Below are positions 39,214-54,441 of a stretch of DNA of 64,000 nt, piece by piece; the first letter of the stretch is position 1; each line of letters opens with the position of its first letter. The DNA is from Octopus vulgaris (taxonomy: Eukaryota): positions 35,774,001-35,838,000 of the forward strand of contig OX597820.1 in assembly GCA_951406725.2 (NCBI GenBank). Reading direction: 5' to 3'. The translations under genes were made by a program, and so were the position numbers. The notes under the pieces were generated by a model, which was not told the origin of the DNA, did not search any database, and saw only the letters and a list, made by a program, of their open reading frames with translations.

Positions 39214-39300
39214 GTAGGGAATATCATTCCAAACTTACAAGCAAATATTCAATTTAGCAATTCTAAATCAAATTTCACAATATATAATATATGTATATAA

Positions 39301-39582
39301 TTGAGAGGAAAACCTTTATTAAGCAATTCAATACTGAAAGACGTTATTCACACCATATAGAAAAAATAGATATACTATAAAAACCTTATTATAAAAATCA
39401 ATAAAGTACATACACAATAAATAGTAAATAGTAGTAAATTGACTATTTACTACTGTTTACCATTTATTGTTTATGTACTTTATTGATTTTTAGAATGAGG
39501 TTTTTATAGTACATTTATTTTTCCTATATGGTGTGAATAACGTCTTTCACTATTGAATTGCTTAATAGAGGTTTTCCTCTCA
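39301..39582. repeat. AT-rich foldback of about 280 bp
   Basis: tgagaggaaaacct...gtagtaaat tgact atttactac...aggttttcctctca. Confidence 0.85.
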
Positions 39583-40890
39583 GGTCGCGGTCTCAAAGCG
39601 GCGAAAATATTTTGGTAGATTAAATTTAAATGTTGAAGTGAATCTAACGGTTTTTGTGTGTGTTTTAAATGGCTTATAAACACCTTCCACGCTGCAATTG
39701 TTTATGTATTTATGTATATCTATGCTTAACGGCATTTCGTCCGTCTTTACGTTCTGAATTCAAATTCCGCCGAGGTCGACTTTTACCTTTCATCCCTTCG
39801 GAGTTGATTAAATAAGTACTAGTTGAGCACTGGGGGGTTGATGTAATTGACTTATCCCCTCCCCGAAATTGATGGCCTTTTGCCAAAATTTGAAACCAGT
39901 ATAAGTCCCGAACGGGGATATATTAACGAGAAGAATTACTTTTAACTTTGGCATTGTACAAAACTCCGAACTGGAGCTCCAGTACGAAGTGGGAAAAATT
40001 CTACATTTGAGGTTAAGATCAAATACTGATATGGTTTGGGTTGGCTTCTAGGTGACCACAGCTTTTTAATATCCCCAAGAAAATCACGGAAGAACAGCAT
40101 ATTCAAATAGTCTACCATCCTGAGCCGCGACTAAATCTCCAAGACATGTGTGCTTGTGAATGTGTGTGTATGTGTATGAAGATAGATAGATAGATAGAAA
40201 GAAAGAAAGATTATATGTATGTATTTATGTATGTTTATGTGTAGTATATATTTATGTATGTGTATATACATATGCACACATATATATAGGTATGTGTGCA
40301 TGTGTATAGTGTGTGTGTGTATGTATATGTGTGTCTGTCTGTGTGTGTGTAGTTCAAGTTTACAGAAAACAACAGACGAAAACAGGTGTAGGAACAACAA
40401 GCAGGTGTATTAGTTTAACGCTCGGTAAGAATGGAAGTCCTTGACGTTTAGAGCCTACAGTCTTCGATAGAAAGGATTAACAGGAAAAGAAACAGAGAGA
40501 GAAAAAAATGTGTAAGGATTAACTGTTCAATATGGTGTGTATGCATGTGTGTGTAAGTAGACGAATTTAAACCCCCTGCGCGCACACATACAAACTGAAA
40601 AATCTTATGAAGAAATAGATAATTAAGATAAATTAAAATAGTTCGTGGTCGTAGTTAAAGGAATGGTGGAAACGTTCGACCCAAGAAAATATTGCGGCTG
40701 GATTTGAACTCAAAACGAACTAGATTAGGTCCTAATTTATTATCACCTCGCATTTTGTCTGGCCCTCTACCAAAGGATTAGCCGGGTCGTTAGAAATCCA
40801 AATCCCGTGGGCGAATAATCAACTTCACCAACATTCTTTCTGAGCAATGATAAAAATAAAGAACTAGTCACGTGCTTCGATTGATATATA

Positions 40891-40949
<59 letters not shown>

Positions 40950-41393
40950 CATCGTAAAGATAAATGGAAATAGAATTAAAAGACTCTACTTGTTCATCGT
41001 CCCTGTCTGGACTTTATCGGATGATTTTGAGGTCTGAGAAGAGGTCATGGTTAAGAAAACTTATCATAATTAAGTAATTGACCTTTGATATGGGTAATAA
41101 TTATAATTGTGAAGCTTAAATATAAGACTAGAGATATGGCGGTTTCAGAGATGACTGGAGTGGATAAAGAAGTTATGATTGAAAGAAAGCAGACGAGATA
41201 AGGAGAAGGAATCAAGGGACATACTGACACAGAACAATATAGTAACACCCTTTGACCTGTGATGTTGGAATAGCTAATGATCACATGCTAATCAATGTGA
41301 CCGCGTAACATAGATTTTTTTTTCAAATATATGTAATATGTATGTTTGTGAGGCTGTGTACATGTGTGTGCGTACGCGCGCTTATGTGTGTAC

Positions 41394-41425
<32 letters not shown>

Positions 41426-41515
41426 GCGCGTGCGTGTGCGTCTGTATGTATTTGAATTTGTATATTTCTAGACAGACAGATAGATAGATAGATATAGACA
41501 GACAGACAGACAGAC

Positions 41516-41581
<66 letters not shown>

Positions 41582-42636
41582 ACGTAGACGAGAGGATCTT
41601 TCATCATTCTGTCGAGGAAAGTAGGCCTTTCAACGCTTCCATCCTAAACATTTATTTTTTGTGCATTGATAATAATTTTTACATGTTTAATGCATCAGTA
41701 TGTCATCCACTCGCGTAATGCACTTTATTGCATCAACCACTCGCTGAATGTTTGAAACAGCAGTAAAGATGAGTTTTCTTTGTTAAATATATTAATGCTT
41801 GCATTTATTTATTACAGTTTATAAATAATTTAATGCTATGTATAAGTTCTTGCCCATCTTTTGTCACTTCACACACACACATACATATACATACATATAT
41901 ATGAATATGTATGTATGTATGTATGCATGTATGCACACAAGGTAATCAAATGGAAATAATTCCAATGAGCTAATTGCATGAATTTAAATAAATTGAGTAA
42001 TGACGTACTAAATGGCATGCAAAAATAAAATCAAAATTCTAAAATATATCAATTTGTCTTTTTGCTGGAGGAAGAATTTTAAAAAAATAACAACTAGCGA
42101 CAGATTTTAGCGACTCTCTGCATAAGAATGGAAATAATTTCAAGAAATCAACAATTTGGAACAAAGATGATTGAATTTGCATTGCATACATTCATTTAGA
42201 TGTACGGTTTAAAATGCCACCGTGGTTTATACTAGAGCTCACGTTACAGATCAAACTGAAGAACAACACGACAGGTTATGCCTGATTGTCGCCGCCTGAT
42301 CAGGAGAATTTTAATGAAAAATGGTAAGAGCAACAAGTGCTACTTTCGCTAATTTGCATACCAGCTTATTAATTGCTACATGTAATCAATAACATATATC
42401 ATTAATATGTACATCGTTTATCTTCTGTTGTTTCAGCTATTGCACTGCGGCCATGCTGGTGCACCGCCTTGAAAAGTCTGAGTCGAACGAATCAACCCTA
42501 GTTCTTACTTTTTTACAAAGCTTAATACTTGTTCTATGGGCTTCTTTGGCCGCGCCGCTAAATCACAGGTACGTAAGCAGACAAGCACCGGTTGTCGAAT
42601 GGTGGTAAGTGACAAACACACACGCACAAAAACCTA

Positions 42637-42685
<49 letters not shown>

Positions 42686-42689
42686 GGTA

Positions 42690-43195
42690 GCTGCCCCCTC
42701 ATTATCGAGTATGGCCATTGCGAGAAGCTTAATCAATGTAGTTATCGTGCAATGCCCGTGCAAGAAGATTTTTTTTAAGTGAGGAAAGGCTGTGCACTGA
42801 GTCAATCCCACTCACTAAGCAACAAACTACTGAGCCGCAGGTTTTATGTCTGAGTTATCCCAGTTACCTGAGTTACCTTCTCCTAGAAGGATGCCCTAAC
42901 AAAGGCTAGGAGGCCTTCACTCCCAATGGTTTAACTGCGCGATCGGGTATTCAGTCCGATTATTTCTATGTCCCCGCGCATGATACAGCCTTAAGACATT
43001 TATTGGATGGCCGTTCACTCTCAAGAGTTCCTCCGCTCTTTGACGGGTTTTGTTTTTCATCCCGCAGGGTGTCCAATAAACACCCCCTCACCAAGCAAGC
43101 TTGGTGGGGTTGCCGGTTTAGTCGCCGACGACCCGACCATGCAACAGGTTGTACTGGGTTACATGTTACCAGTAGCACTCGAAAGTGACCTGACA
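42690..43195 (-). mobile_element. Probable RTE-type LINE 5' region
   Basis: GC-richer structured segment; motif gagtt..cttctcctagaagg..ttcactcc recurs at 56395-56455. Family assignment is from recalled similarity only. Confidence 0.4.
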
Positions 43196-43477
43196 TAATA
43201 TATATACACATGCATACATACATACATGCATACATACATACATACATACAAATATACATATGTATTATATGTGTGTGTATGCATACATATATACGCGCAA
43301 ACACAGACGACGGGTTTCCTTCAGTTTCTGCCGATCAAATCCACTCACAAGGCTTTGGTCGGAGCTATAGTGGAAGACACTTGTCCAAGGAGCTCCACAG
43401 TGCAACAGAACCTGGAACCTTTTAGTTGGATTGGGAAGCAAACTTTTTGTCTGGTATCCATGCATATATATATATGT

Positions 43478-44333
43478 GTGGAACAAAAGCGCAATAGAGG
43501 GCATTAAAGTGAGACGATACAAGGGTGAACAGGAGAAACAATAATTAAAAGGACAGGCAAAAAAAGACAGGTCATTATTGGCTTTATTTCATCAGTCAAG
43601 TTCCAGAAGTCTAAGCTAAGAGCATTAGACCCCTTTGTAAGTAAGCTAGTGAAGGTGTACGGCAACGAAGACAAAAAATAAACAAACAACAAGAAATGAC
43701 AACAGGTGTCTTTCGACTGAGAACGAATCAAATTGAGCTGGCGAGTATGAAGTGAAGGCCTAAAGGCAGGAACATAGGAAATGGACATAAGATGTGTTGG
43801 CGGTCGGCAGTCAGGCCAAGAAAGAAAGATCATGACTGGCCGGATACCCGTCACGTCAAAGGAGGAGAGATGGGTGGGGGACAGCGGGATTGAAGGATTA
43901 GAAAAAAATCAGAGACAAAGAGAAACGTACAGGGTAGATAAACGAGTGGGAAATAGTGGGAGTTAAAGAGTGGGTCAAGAAATATGAGAGAGGGGGAGCA
44001 AGAAAAGGAAGGAAAATGAGAGAGGGAATAAAAGAGAGAGTAGGAGTCGTACACAATTTAGATACATGCCTACTATGAGGTGAGCACAAGGGTGTACGTA
44101 TGCGGAACAAAAACGCAATAGAGGACATTAAAACGAGACGATATAAAACCGGACAAAAAAAAAAACAAAAGACGAAGACAGGTGGTGTAGACAACAAATA
44201 GATGTATTAGTATAACCCTCGGGAAGTGAAAAAATCTTTAACGTTTCGAGCCTACGCTCTTACACAGAAAGGAACACAGAAAGAAACAATGAGAGTAAAT
44301 AAAGAATATGTAGTGGCTAGCGATCTATCATGA
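43478..44333 (-). mobile_element. Non-autonomous PLE-type repeat (homologs at 54780-55645 and 63600-63970) ending in a U6 HHR at 44236-44271
   Basis: Shared blocks gtctttcgactgagaacgaatcaaattgagctggcg and gagatgggtgggggacagcg; HHR cttt-CTGTGTA-agagcgtaggctc-GAAA-cg-TT-aaag. Confidence 0.7.
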
Positions 44334-44850
44334 GAATATATATATATAGGTGTCCGCGTGTGTATAGTGACAAAAACTACATGTGGCGCCGTATGATTAA
44401 AAAGCTAGCGGTACAATCAGTAGATCAGATCTCGATTACGTGGCACATTCAGGGGGTTATTTTTTCCCATTTTTTTAAACATTGCTTCGAAAGAAGCCAA
44501 GCTTTGTGAATGGAACTGGGTAAGCGGAAGGGGACAGCGCTGAAACCTGTTGAGCAATCGCATTTATAATTCAAAGGCTCTGCCTTATTTATACATCATA
44601 CTATGTTGATCCCGTCTGGGAATTATGCTAAGGGTACACGTGCATGTCTACCCAGTGTTCAGCCACGTACTCGTTAATTCAATGAGAAGGTAGATTAGTT
44701 GATCGAGCAACTCAAAAATCCGCATCGAGACCTATGGGAATCCATTTTAACGTGTGCTTGTGTATGTATGTGCGTGTGTATGTGTGAGTGTATATGTATG
44801 TGTGTATGTATGTGTGTATTTATGTATGTATGTATGTGTACATGAATGTG

Positions 44851-44889
<39 letters not shown>

Positions 44890-45014
44890 GTATAGATGCA
44901 TGTATATAAGTATATGTATTTATTTCTACATACGTATATGTGTGTGATACTTAGATATGTAGGTAGGTATATATGTATGAATGCATATATCTATCTATAT
45001 AAACATATACATAC

Positions 45015-45047
<33 letters not shown>

Positions 45048-45120
45048 CGTGTACACGTATATACACATATATGTGTGTGTGTATAGATATATACATATAC
45101 ATATATATATACATGTACAT

Positions 45121-45218
<98 letters not shown>

Positions 45219-45861
45219 GTATATATATATATATTTATATGTATGTATGTATGTACGCATGTATAGAAGCATGTATACGTGTGTGGATTTCTAAGTGTCT
45301 GCATGTTTAGAAATACGCTTTTATTTACGCCTATATCTCTCCGTGTGCACTTGAACGTATAAAGCGGGTAGACGGTTGATTTATTCCAAAGAAATAAAAT
45401 AAACACACACATACACATACATCCATACATACACACACTCACATCCATTTAACAAGCAACCTTTTCCCTCGTCTGTAGTTTCTTTATGCATGCATTCAGT
45501 TAACAAATATGTATGCGCTTTGGCATCATTAGGGAGTTTGAGATTCTCAAAGAGAAAATTCCAATAAAACCGATCTTCGGTTCACCGAGTCTCGGGAGAG
45601 GAAGATCAAGTGACGTTAGGTATTTAGGCATTCGGCTGTTGAAGACTTTAGATTCCAGCATCACAGCAATTGAACATTATACAACCAAATGGGCACGCCA
45701 CCAAACTGCTCCCTCCACACTACCTGTATCATACACACACGCGCGCATTCGCGCGTACACACGCATACACTCAGACACACACATATACACTTACATACTC
45801 ATACACGCAAACAAGTATTTCTTTTATGTATGTATGTATGTATGTATGTATGTATGTATTC

Positions 45862-45902
<41 letters not shown>

Positions 45903-46287
45903 CACACATACAGACGTATGTATGTATATATACACATACATACATAGACATACATACATACATACATAAATACAGAGAGATAGACAGACAGACATGCATA
46001 CACACATGTACAGGTTTTGAATTAACTTCTACGTGATTGGTTGACAGGCAAGTAATAGCAACCAAATCTCTTTCGAACTTCATCCAATTGTCTTTAACAT
46101 TTTAGACACAGCAACAAACGTAGTCCGAAGTACAGAATTCCCGAACGCAAACTTTTTTTTCTTCTTAAAATACCAAGGAAAATATAATATTGCTGCATTT
46201 CTTCTGACACTTTACGTTGTGAGTTCAAATCCTGCAGCGATCTACTTTGCCTTCCATTTCTTTCGTGGTCAATAATATACCAGTCAA

Positions 46288-46720
46288 AGGCGGCGAGCTG
46301 GCAGAATCGTTAGCACGCCGGGCGAAATGCTTACCGGTATTTCGTCTGCCGTTACGTTGTGAGTTCAAATTCCGCCGAGGTCGACTTTGCCTTTCATCCT
46401 TTCGGGGTCGATTAAATTAGTACCAGTTACGCACTGGGGTCGATGTAATCGACTTAATGTCCTTGTTTGTCCCCTCTGTGTTTAGCCCCTTGTGGGCAAT
46501 AAAGAAATAAGAATCGTTAGCACGCCGGAGAAAATGCTTAGCGGTATTTCGTCTGCGCTACATTCTGAGTTCAAATTCCGCCGAGGTCAACTTTGCCTTT
46601 CATCCTTTCGGGATCGATAAATTAGATTGACTCCAGTTTCGTACTGGAGTCAATCTAATCGACTGCCCCCCACCAAAAACAAAAAAAGAAATCGGGCCTT
46701 GTGCCTAGAGTAGAAAAATA
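46288..46720 (+). mobile_element. SINE family A dimer
   Basis: Head, central module, tail 1, restart at gaatcgttagcacgcc, tail 2. Confidence 0.9.
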
Positions 46721-47609
46721 TTTTTTAAATAAAATTATATTCCAGTCAAATACTGGAGCCAATGTAAACAGTTTCTCCTCGCTCCTGTAAATTACTGTCC
46801 TTATGTATTTAAATCCGAAGTCATTATAAAAGGTGGGTTGAATGCGGCCAACTGGTAGAACCGTTAACGCGTCGGATGAAATACTTAGCGGCACTTCTAC
46901 CGACTCTTTACGTTCTGAGTTCAGTGAATCCATCAACTAAAGTACTTACTCCTAAAATAAAATATAAGCGGCTCAGTATTTCACAGATATATGTACCCTT
47001 AACATATGTCTCAATCAGAATCTGCACGACACAGAGGATATCAAGGCTGTTCTTTTGAATTACAAGCACAATCCACTCGATTCCGTACAGTTTCTCCCTC
47101 AACCCAATTTCAATTAAGAGGTACATGGCGATCCGGGGCTATAAAAATTACATTTACTCAAGATACCACGCAATGGAGTTCCAACTCTGGATATGTCCGG
47201 TCATAAATGACCGTGAAATTGCACGAAGTTCGCCTCTGTGACACATGTCCAAGCAAGGTTGAATGTCGAAGACCACCATACATACCAGTCTCCTCTCTCT
47301 GCGCCACCGATGTTACAGTTTGGCACCAGTGTCGTCGCATCTCATCTCTACGGGTGAGTGAAGTGGAGCAACGTAAAATAAAGTGTCTTGCTCAAGAACA
47401 CAATACACAGCCCGGTACAGGAATCGAACTCGCAACTTCACAATTGTAAACCTCATACTCTAATCAATGAACTATATATATATATATATAAAGATATATA
47501 CATATATATGTGTGTGTATATGTATATACATATGTATGCATGTGCGTATGTGTATGTATACATATGTATGCATATATATATATATGTATATGTATATATG
47601 TGTGTTTTT

Positions 47610-47683
<74 letters not shown>

Positions 47684-47935
47684 CGGTGTACTGAAAAGTT
47701 CCTGGCTTTAGGTAAAATAAATAAGAGGATCAGTTAATCATGATTTTATTCAACATATTCCCCTCTCAGATTCACACTTATTCAGTTTTTCTAAGCCCTG
47801 TAAAAGAATGTTTTGCCTCCAGCCAGGCTTTTCACGACACCCTTGAAGCCAGTGAGTTTTCAGCACTCCCCTCATACATATGTTTGTGTGTGTGTATGTA
47901 TGTATCTGTACATACATACATACATACATACATAG

Positions 47936-48587
47936 CAGTGGTGGCTCGTATATAGGCACTGCGGAACTGCAGTACTCCCTATTTCCACTCAATATGAGTC
48001 CTTTTTTCTTTAATTCTTTGTTTATACTTGTACATTATATAAACCTAAAGCTTAATGTCAGTAGACATCCCCTACAAAAATCTTTGTATAGAACTGCGCG
48101 CTTCAAAGTTCCAGCGAGCGTTGTTTCGCTGTTGTGCGCATGCTCACATGTCCGAGATAGAAAGCTTCATGCTAGGGAGAGAGAGTACTGTCGTCCACGC
48201 AGCACCGGTGAAAAGTAGTGTTTCTTTTTGACTCTATGTGTATCGTGCTTAAAAACGTGTATATATTCTTGAATGTGATAAGGTGTAGAATTAGATTATT
48301 ATCCTGCTTCCAGCTTCAGTGTTGCAGCCAGGATTTGAAAAATAGGCCAGATTTTTCACCCTTATTTTGTGATTTAAGGGGGATTTTTGAAAAACAAGGG
48401 CGAATTCGCATAGGTGTTCAGTAAACAAATTAAATACACTACCTGGCAGTGGCTAAAACACGAACTGATCAAGTTTATGTAAAAATATTCTTTTTATATA
48501 TTTGTTTCCTTTTACACAAAATTAAAACAATGGCTAAAAATTTTCTGAAGCAGCACCCCCACTAATTTTATCTACGACCCGCCACTG
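47936..48587. mobile_element. MITE, possibly hAT-type
   Basis: TIRs cagtggtggctcgta / tacgacccgccactg; flanks atacatag / atacatac, a possible 8-bp TSD within a microsatellite. Confidence 0.65.
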
Positions 48588-48604
48588 ATACATACATACA
48601 TACA

Positions 48605-48638
<34 letters not shown>

Positions 48639-48937
48639 CACACACATACACATACATACATTTATACATAAACACAGCACTGGCATACACATGCATCGTG
48701 CATCTGCCTGTTGGGCATTATATGTACCTGTCATATATAGTTATATGTTGCTAGCATCGCTCTTATACGCAACATTATTCCTTATACATCATACGCCCTT
48801 TATAATTATACAAATGACAAACGTCTGAGGGTGGATGACTTGTACGTCTGCGTATGAAGACGCAGCTATGTTTTTGCTTTTGCATATATGCACATAGATG
48901 TGCGTGGGCGTTTGTGTGTATGTATGTGTGGGTGGGC

Positions 48938-48977
<40 letters not shown>

Positions 48978-49496
48978 CTTTGTATTTGTTTAAATGTGGG
49001 TGTGATTGCGAGAGACCGAGCACGAGCGTGGTAGAGAGCGAGAGTGAGGAAGTGAATGTATAGTATTACAGGTGTGCAATCGCTGCACCTACAGAAATAT
49101 TTATACAAATGAGCTTACCTGATTCACACGCACTTTTATTAAGGGATAAGAAGATAAGCAAGTGCACGTTCATTCATACGGTTACGCCCTCGCGCTCATT
49201 CACACATCCCCACAATGCACATACACACTATCGAATACATACACTGACGCACACATGCACCTGCACACACACGCGCACACGCGTACACACCTGCACACAC
49301 ACGCACATGCTCACACACAAATATATACATATACAAACATACATACACGAATGTACACATACACAAACACCCACCCACCCACACACATACACACATATGC
49401 TTGTATGTATATACGTGTGCGTATGAATGTATATGTGTGTCTGTGTGTATATATATATATACGTACATATGTGTGTGTATATACGTGTGTGTGCAC

Positions 49497-49590
<94 letters not shown>

Positions 49591-49615
49591 GTGTGTGTAT
49601 ATATGTACATTTATA

Positions 49616-49673
<58 letters not shown>

Positions 49674-51514
49674 CGTATATATGTGTGTATGTGCATATGT
49701 ATAAGTACACATGTATATGTATGTATATGCGTGTGTGTGTGTGTGATGTGGACTTCACGATCCAGTTGAGCCGAATTGAAATCAACATCACAAATATACG
49801 AGACACGTCAACCGTGTTTGTGTTGTGTACAATTATTTAAAGAGACTGACACATTTCAAAAGCTACTGTTTAAAAGATGCTAAGATGAAAGCAGAGCAGA
49901 TTCCCATCGATAAAATATAGTATAATACTCATTGCAACCGAGGCAGATCGGAAGTTGACTAAGTATCCACTATCTTCGTTTGATTTAGTGATTAGGATGT
50001 TAGGACTCTTGGTCATAAGACTGTGGTTTCGATTCCTGGACCGAGCGATGCGTTATGTTCTTGACTAATTCACTTCAGTTCACGTTGCTCCAGTCCACTC
50101 AACCGGCAAAAATGAGTAATCCCGCGACAGACCGGCGTCCAGTCAAGGTGGGGCTTTTTTTACGCCATGAAACCACGAAACCGTCCCTAATGAGTCAGTA
50201 TGGCTCGTAAAGGTTACTTAACGTTTTGGGGTTTTTTTTACAACTACCCTCCTATAGGTAGAGGCGCATAGCCTAGTGGTTAGAGCAGCGGACTCGAGGT
50301 CGAGGGATCGCGGGTTCGAATCTCAGACCGGGCAATGTGTGTGTTTATGAGCGAAACACCTAAGTTCCACGCGGCTCCGGCAGAAGGTAATAGCGAACTT
50401 CCGCTGACTCTTTCGCCACAACTTTCTCTCACTCTTTCCTCCTGCATCTTGCAGCCGGCGTCCCGTCCAGGTGGGGAACCTATACGTCAAGGAAACCGGG
50501 AAAACCGGCCCTAATGAACCAAGCATGGCTCGAGAAGGAACAAACAACAACAACCCTCCTATAGATCTCTTTCGAACCTATAACGATGCAAATACTCAAT
50601 ATTCTGGGACCCCGAGCTACTTCCCTTCTCAGTTTGATCAAGAGAGAGATTGACGCCCACATACTGCGAATTGGAAGGCTCTTTCATAGCGTCTTCTTCG
50701 TCATTTTTCGGCATACTGCATTTGCCATTGTAACTGTCGCGACTTCGAGACATTTATATGAACCACCGTACTATATTTCTTAATTAACGAAATCTGCGAA
50801 ATGATCTTAATTATTAGTAATTAGTAAAACGATCTATGTTGGACAATCTAACACAAAGTGGTCTACGAACCTGAATAAGTGGAACAAAATCGCAGTCATC
50901 AAGTGGTTCATACAAATTTATCCAATTTGATGATGATGATGATGATTATTAACGTTTTGTAAGCCAGAAAAGTGTTTTTTCTTCAGCAAAAAAAAAGACA
51001 AATGAATTTTCCCAGAAGGCATACTAATATCAATAGTAACTATCTGACTTTAAGGTATAATTTTTTTTAGCTAAAAATCTTGCTGAATTATAAAGGGCAG
51101 AAGAATTTTGAGGAGGCCGGATTATGCGAGTTAGCAGGCTTGTTTTAGATCTATAAAATGCAGTTATTTTAATAGATGAAGAGGAAAATGAGAAACTTCT
51201 AACACTGCAGAAATGAAAGTTAAAAAGCCTTTATATAATTCGGGCTCAACGGTCCATCTTCAGTAAGGTTCAGTCATGGAAATTTGTGTCTGTGGCCGAC
51301 CTGTACAATGATGGTGGGATCGTTGGTTTCAAGTAGTGTGAGTGGTCGCGCGTAGTTGACACCCAACAAGAAAAGGAATAATTACAACAATCGATAATTT
51401 CATTGTAATTTTGGCTGTTAAAGAGAAATTTAAAATAGATATTTTCCTAGATGTCACCTGAAACTGAACTCGAAATCGTTGTAGCCATTTAAGAAATCAG
51501 TCAACAATTATTAT

Positions 51515-52050
51515 TATATACTCTGGGCACACGGTCCGAATTATTTGGGGAGGGGGCTAGTCGATTAGATCGGCACCAGTACGCAACTGCTACTTAATTT
51601 CTCGACCCCGAAGGTTGACAGGCAAAGTCGATCTCGGCGGAATTTGAACTCAGAACGTAAAAACAGAGGAAATACCTATTTCTTTACTCCCCACAAGGGG
51701 TTAAACACAGAGAGGACAACCAAGGACAGACAAACGGATTAAATCGATTACATCGACCCCAGTGCGTAACTGGTACTTATTTAATCTACTCCGAAAGGAT
51801 AAAAGGCAAAGTCGACCTCGGTGGAATTTGAACTCAGAACGTAGCGGCAAACGAAATACCTATTTCTTTACTACCCACAAGGGACCAAACACAGAAAGGA
51901 CAAACAAGGACTGACAAACAGATTAAGTCGATTACATCGACCCCAGGGCGTAACTGGTACTTAATTTATCGACCCCGAAAGGATGAAAGGCAAAGTCGAC
52001 ATCGGCGAAATTGGAACTCAGAACGTAAAGACAGACGAAATACCGCTAAT
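51515..52050 (-). mobile_element. SINE family A trimer
   Basis: Same architecture as 7875-8427. Confidence 0.9.
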
Positions 52051-52192
52051 GCGATGACGGTAGTGATTTGGGGCAAATATTCGCTGTTGTCTCTAGCATG
52101 TCAAGTGACCACCTTTGGGTTTCTTCGTTAGCCCTAAGAACAATTGTGAATGTGGGGAGCGTGCTTATGTATGTGTCAGTATATATGGCTTT

Positions 52193-52337
<145 letters not shown>

Positions 52338-53833
52338 CGTGCATGTTGAGATGTGTAGTAGAATGATGTAATGTGGATGAGTCAATTTAGCAAGAAGTGA
52401 TGGCAACGAGGGTAGCGCTGGATCTATTCTTGTAAACAAACGCTATTTATACGTCCGGTCGTTCAGATAACAGATTTGCAACTGATCCGGCGTGTAAAGC
52501 TGTATAAAGCTGTGTGTATACCAGTTAATGAAGGTACCTCAAAGTGGTCTTTAAGCATGGTAGAAACAACAGCAAAAATAACTACCCTTTACATAATGGA
52601 AGGTCAAAATGGATGATTGTAATCCTAGACATGGATATAGTGGCACTTCGTCGGTTACGACGGTGAGAGTTCCAGCTTATCCGATCAACGGAACAGCCTG
52701 GTCGCGAAGTTAACGTGCTGAGCACTCCACAGACACACGTACCCTTAATGTAATGTACCCTTAATGTAACGCGTACCCTTAATGTAATCTCCCTGTATCA
52801 CTCAGGGAGATTCGACGTGACATAGAAAGTGACAAGGCCGGCCCTTTGAAATACAGGTACTACTCAGAAGCAACATGAAATAAAAGTGTCTTGCTCAAGG
52901 ACACAACGCGCCGCCGGGAATCGAACTCACGACCTTACGATCGTAAGCCGATTACCTTAACCGCTAAGCCACGCGACTTCACTATGGATGTTATATCGTT
53001 TCTACTCTAGGCACAAGGCCTGAAATTTGGGGGGGGGAAAGGTGCCTGTCGATTAGATCGACCTCAGTACGCAACTGGTACTAAATTTATCGACCCCAAA
53101 AGGATGAAAGGTAAAGCCGACCTAGGCGGTATTTGAACTCAGAACGTAGCGGCAGACGAAATATCGCTAAGCATTTCGGCCGGCGTGCTATCATTTCTGC
53201 TAGATCGCCGCCTTACTATGGAAGTAATATAACTGGATAAAAGATGTAATTAGAACTCTTATGTGAGGTATGACCAGTAACACCAACCACAACAACAATA
53301 GCTAAACGAATACAGGAACTACTATGTAATAGCGCGACCTGCTGAAAATAGCAACCAAGTTATTCTCAAACCACCTCTTCGACAGTAGAAAAGCTGGAGG
53401 GAATTTACTGATACAGTTAGTTCCTAGAAAATAAAGCAAGCGATGGAGAGTGGAGTGGTCACTAAAATACCGAGGAGAGACACAGGGCTCTAAAATTCTG
53501 GGGTGGCTAGATTACTTTCAACCTTTGGTCCAATCGATCGTCAACGACATGGAAACGTAACATTAACTACTACTGCTACTGCTACAGCTACTACTACTGC
53601 GTACTTTAGACGTTCGTTTGTGTAGATAAGTGATTTGCTACGGATCCGGCGCTAGAGCTTGTTCCAAATATAGAACAGACAATTTATAAATAACACACGT
53701 GGTTTACATTAGCACCGTTTTATTTCCGACGTCCTGTTGCCTCTGATTATACACACTTCTCCCTCTCTTCCGTCCTTTCTTTCTCTTTCGCTCTCTCCCA
53801 TCATAAGTGTGTATGTGTATAAATGTATGTATT

Positions 53834-53886
<53 letters not shown>

Positions 53887-53967
53887 CCTTATCTTATACT
53901 ACAAATTTATATGATATATATATCTTGTATCTCTCTCTCCCCTCTTTATCTCTCAATATATGTATAT

Positions 53968-54035
<68 letters not shown>

Positions 54036-54298
54036 TAGAAATTTGTAGTATATAGATTCAGAGAATCGTATGGCTACTACAGAAAGCTAACAGTCCACAT
54101 GTCTATATGCATTGATTTGTAAATTTACTATTGCATTCTATAATACCAAACACACATATTAATGCAAACCGAAAAGTATAAATTTCATAAATTTCTTCCA
54201 CACCGAAATTAATAGTACATGAAGGAAGTTGCGAAACGGCCGTAGTCGTAAGGATATCACGTGGTTAAATAAATTTATATTCATCTCCCATACCTCTT

Positions 54299-54441
<143 letters not shown>

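Noticed and set aside
43005-43090. HDV-like ribozyme (gag ttcctccg ctc)
   Set aside because: It has a P3/L3-like hairpin, but P1, P2 and J4/2 could not be assembled convincingly.
45455-45585. Minus-strand peptide DRFYWNFLFENLKLPNDAKAHTYLLTE, faintly actin-like
   Set aside because: There is an in-frame stop just upstream and no good splice acceptor; the similarity is too weak.
50260-50330. Functional tRNA gene
   Set aside because: The tRNA-like head continues into a SINE body and has no closing acceptor stem.
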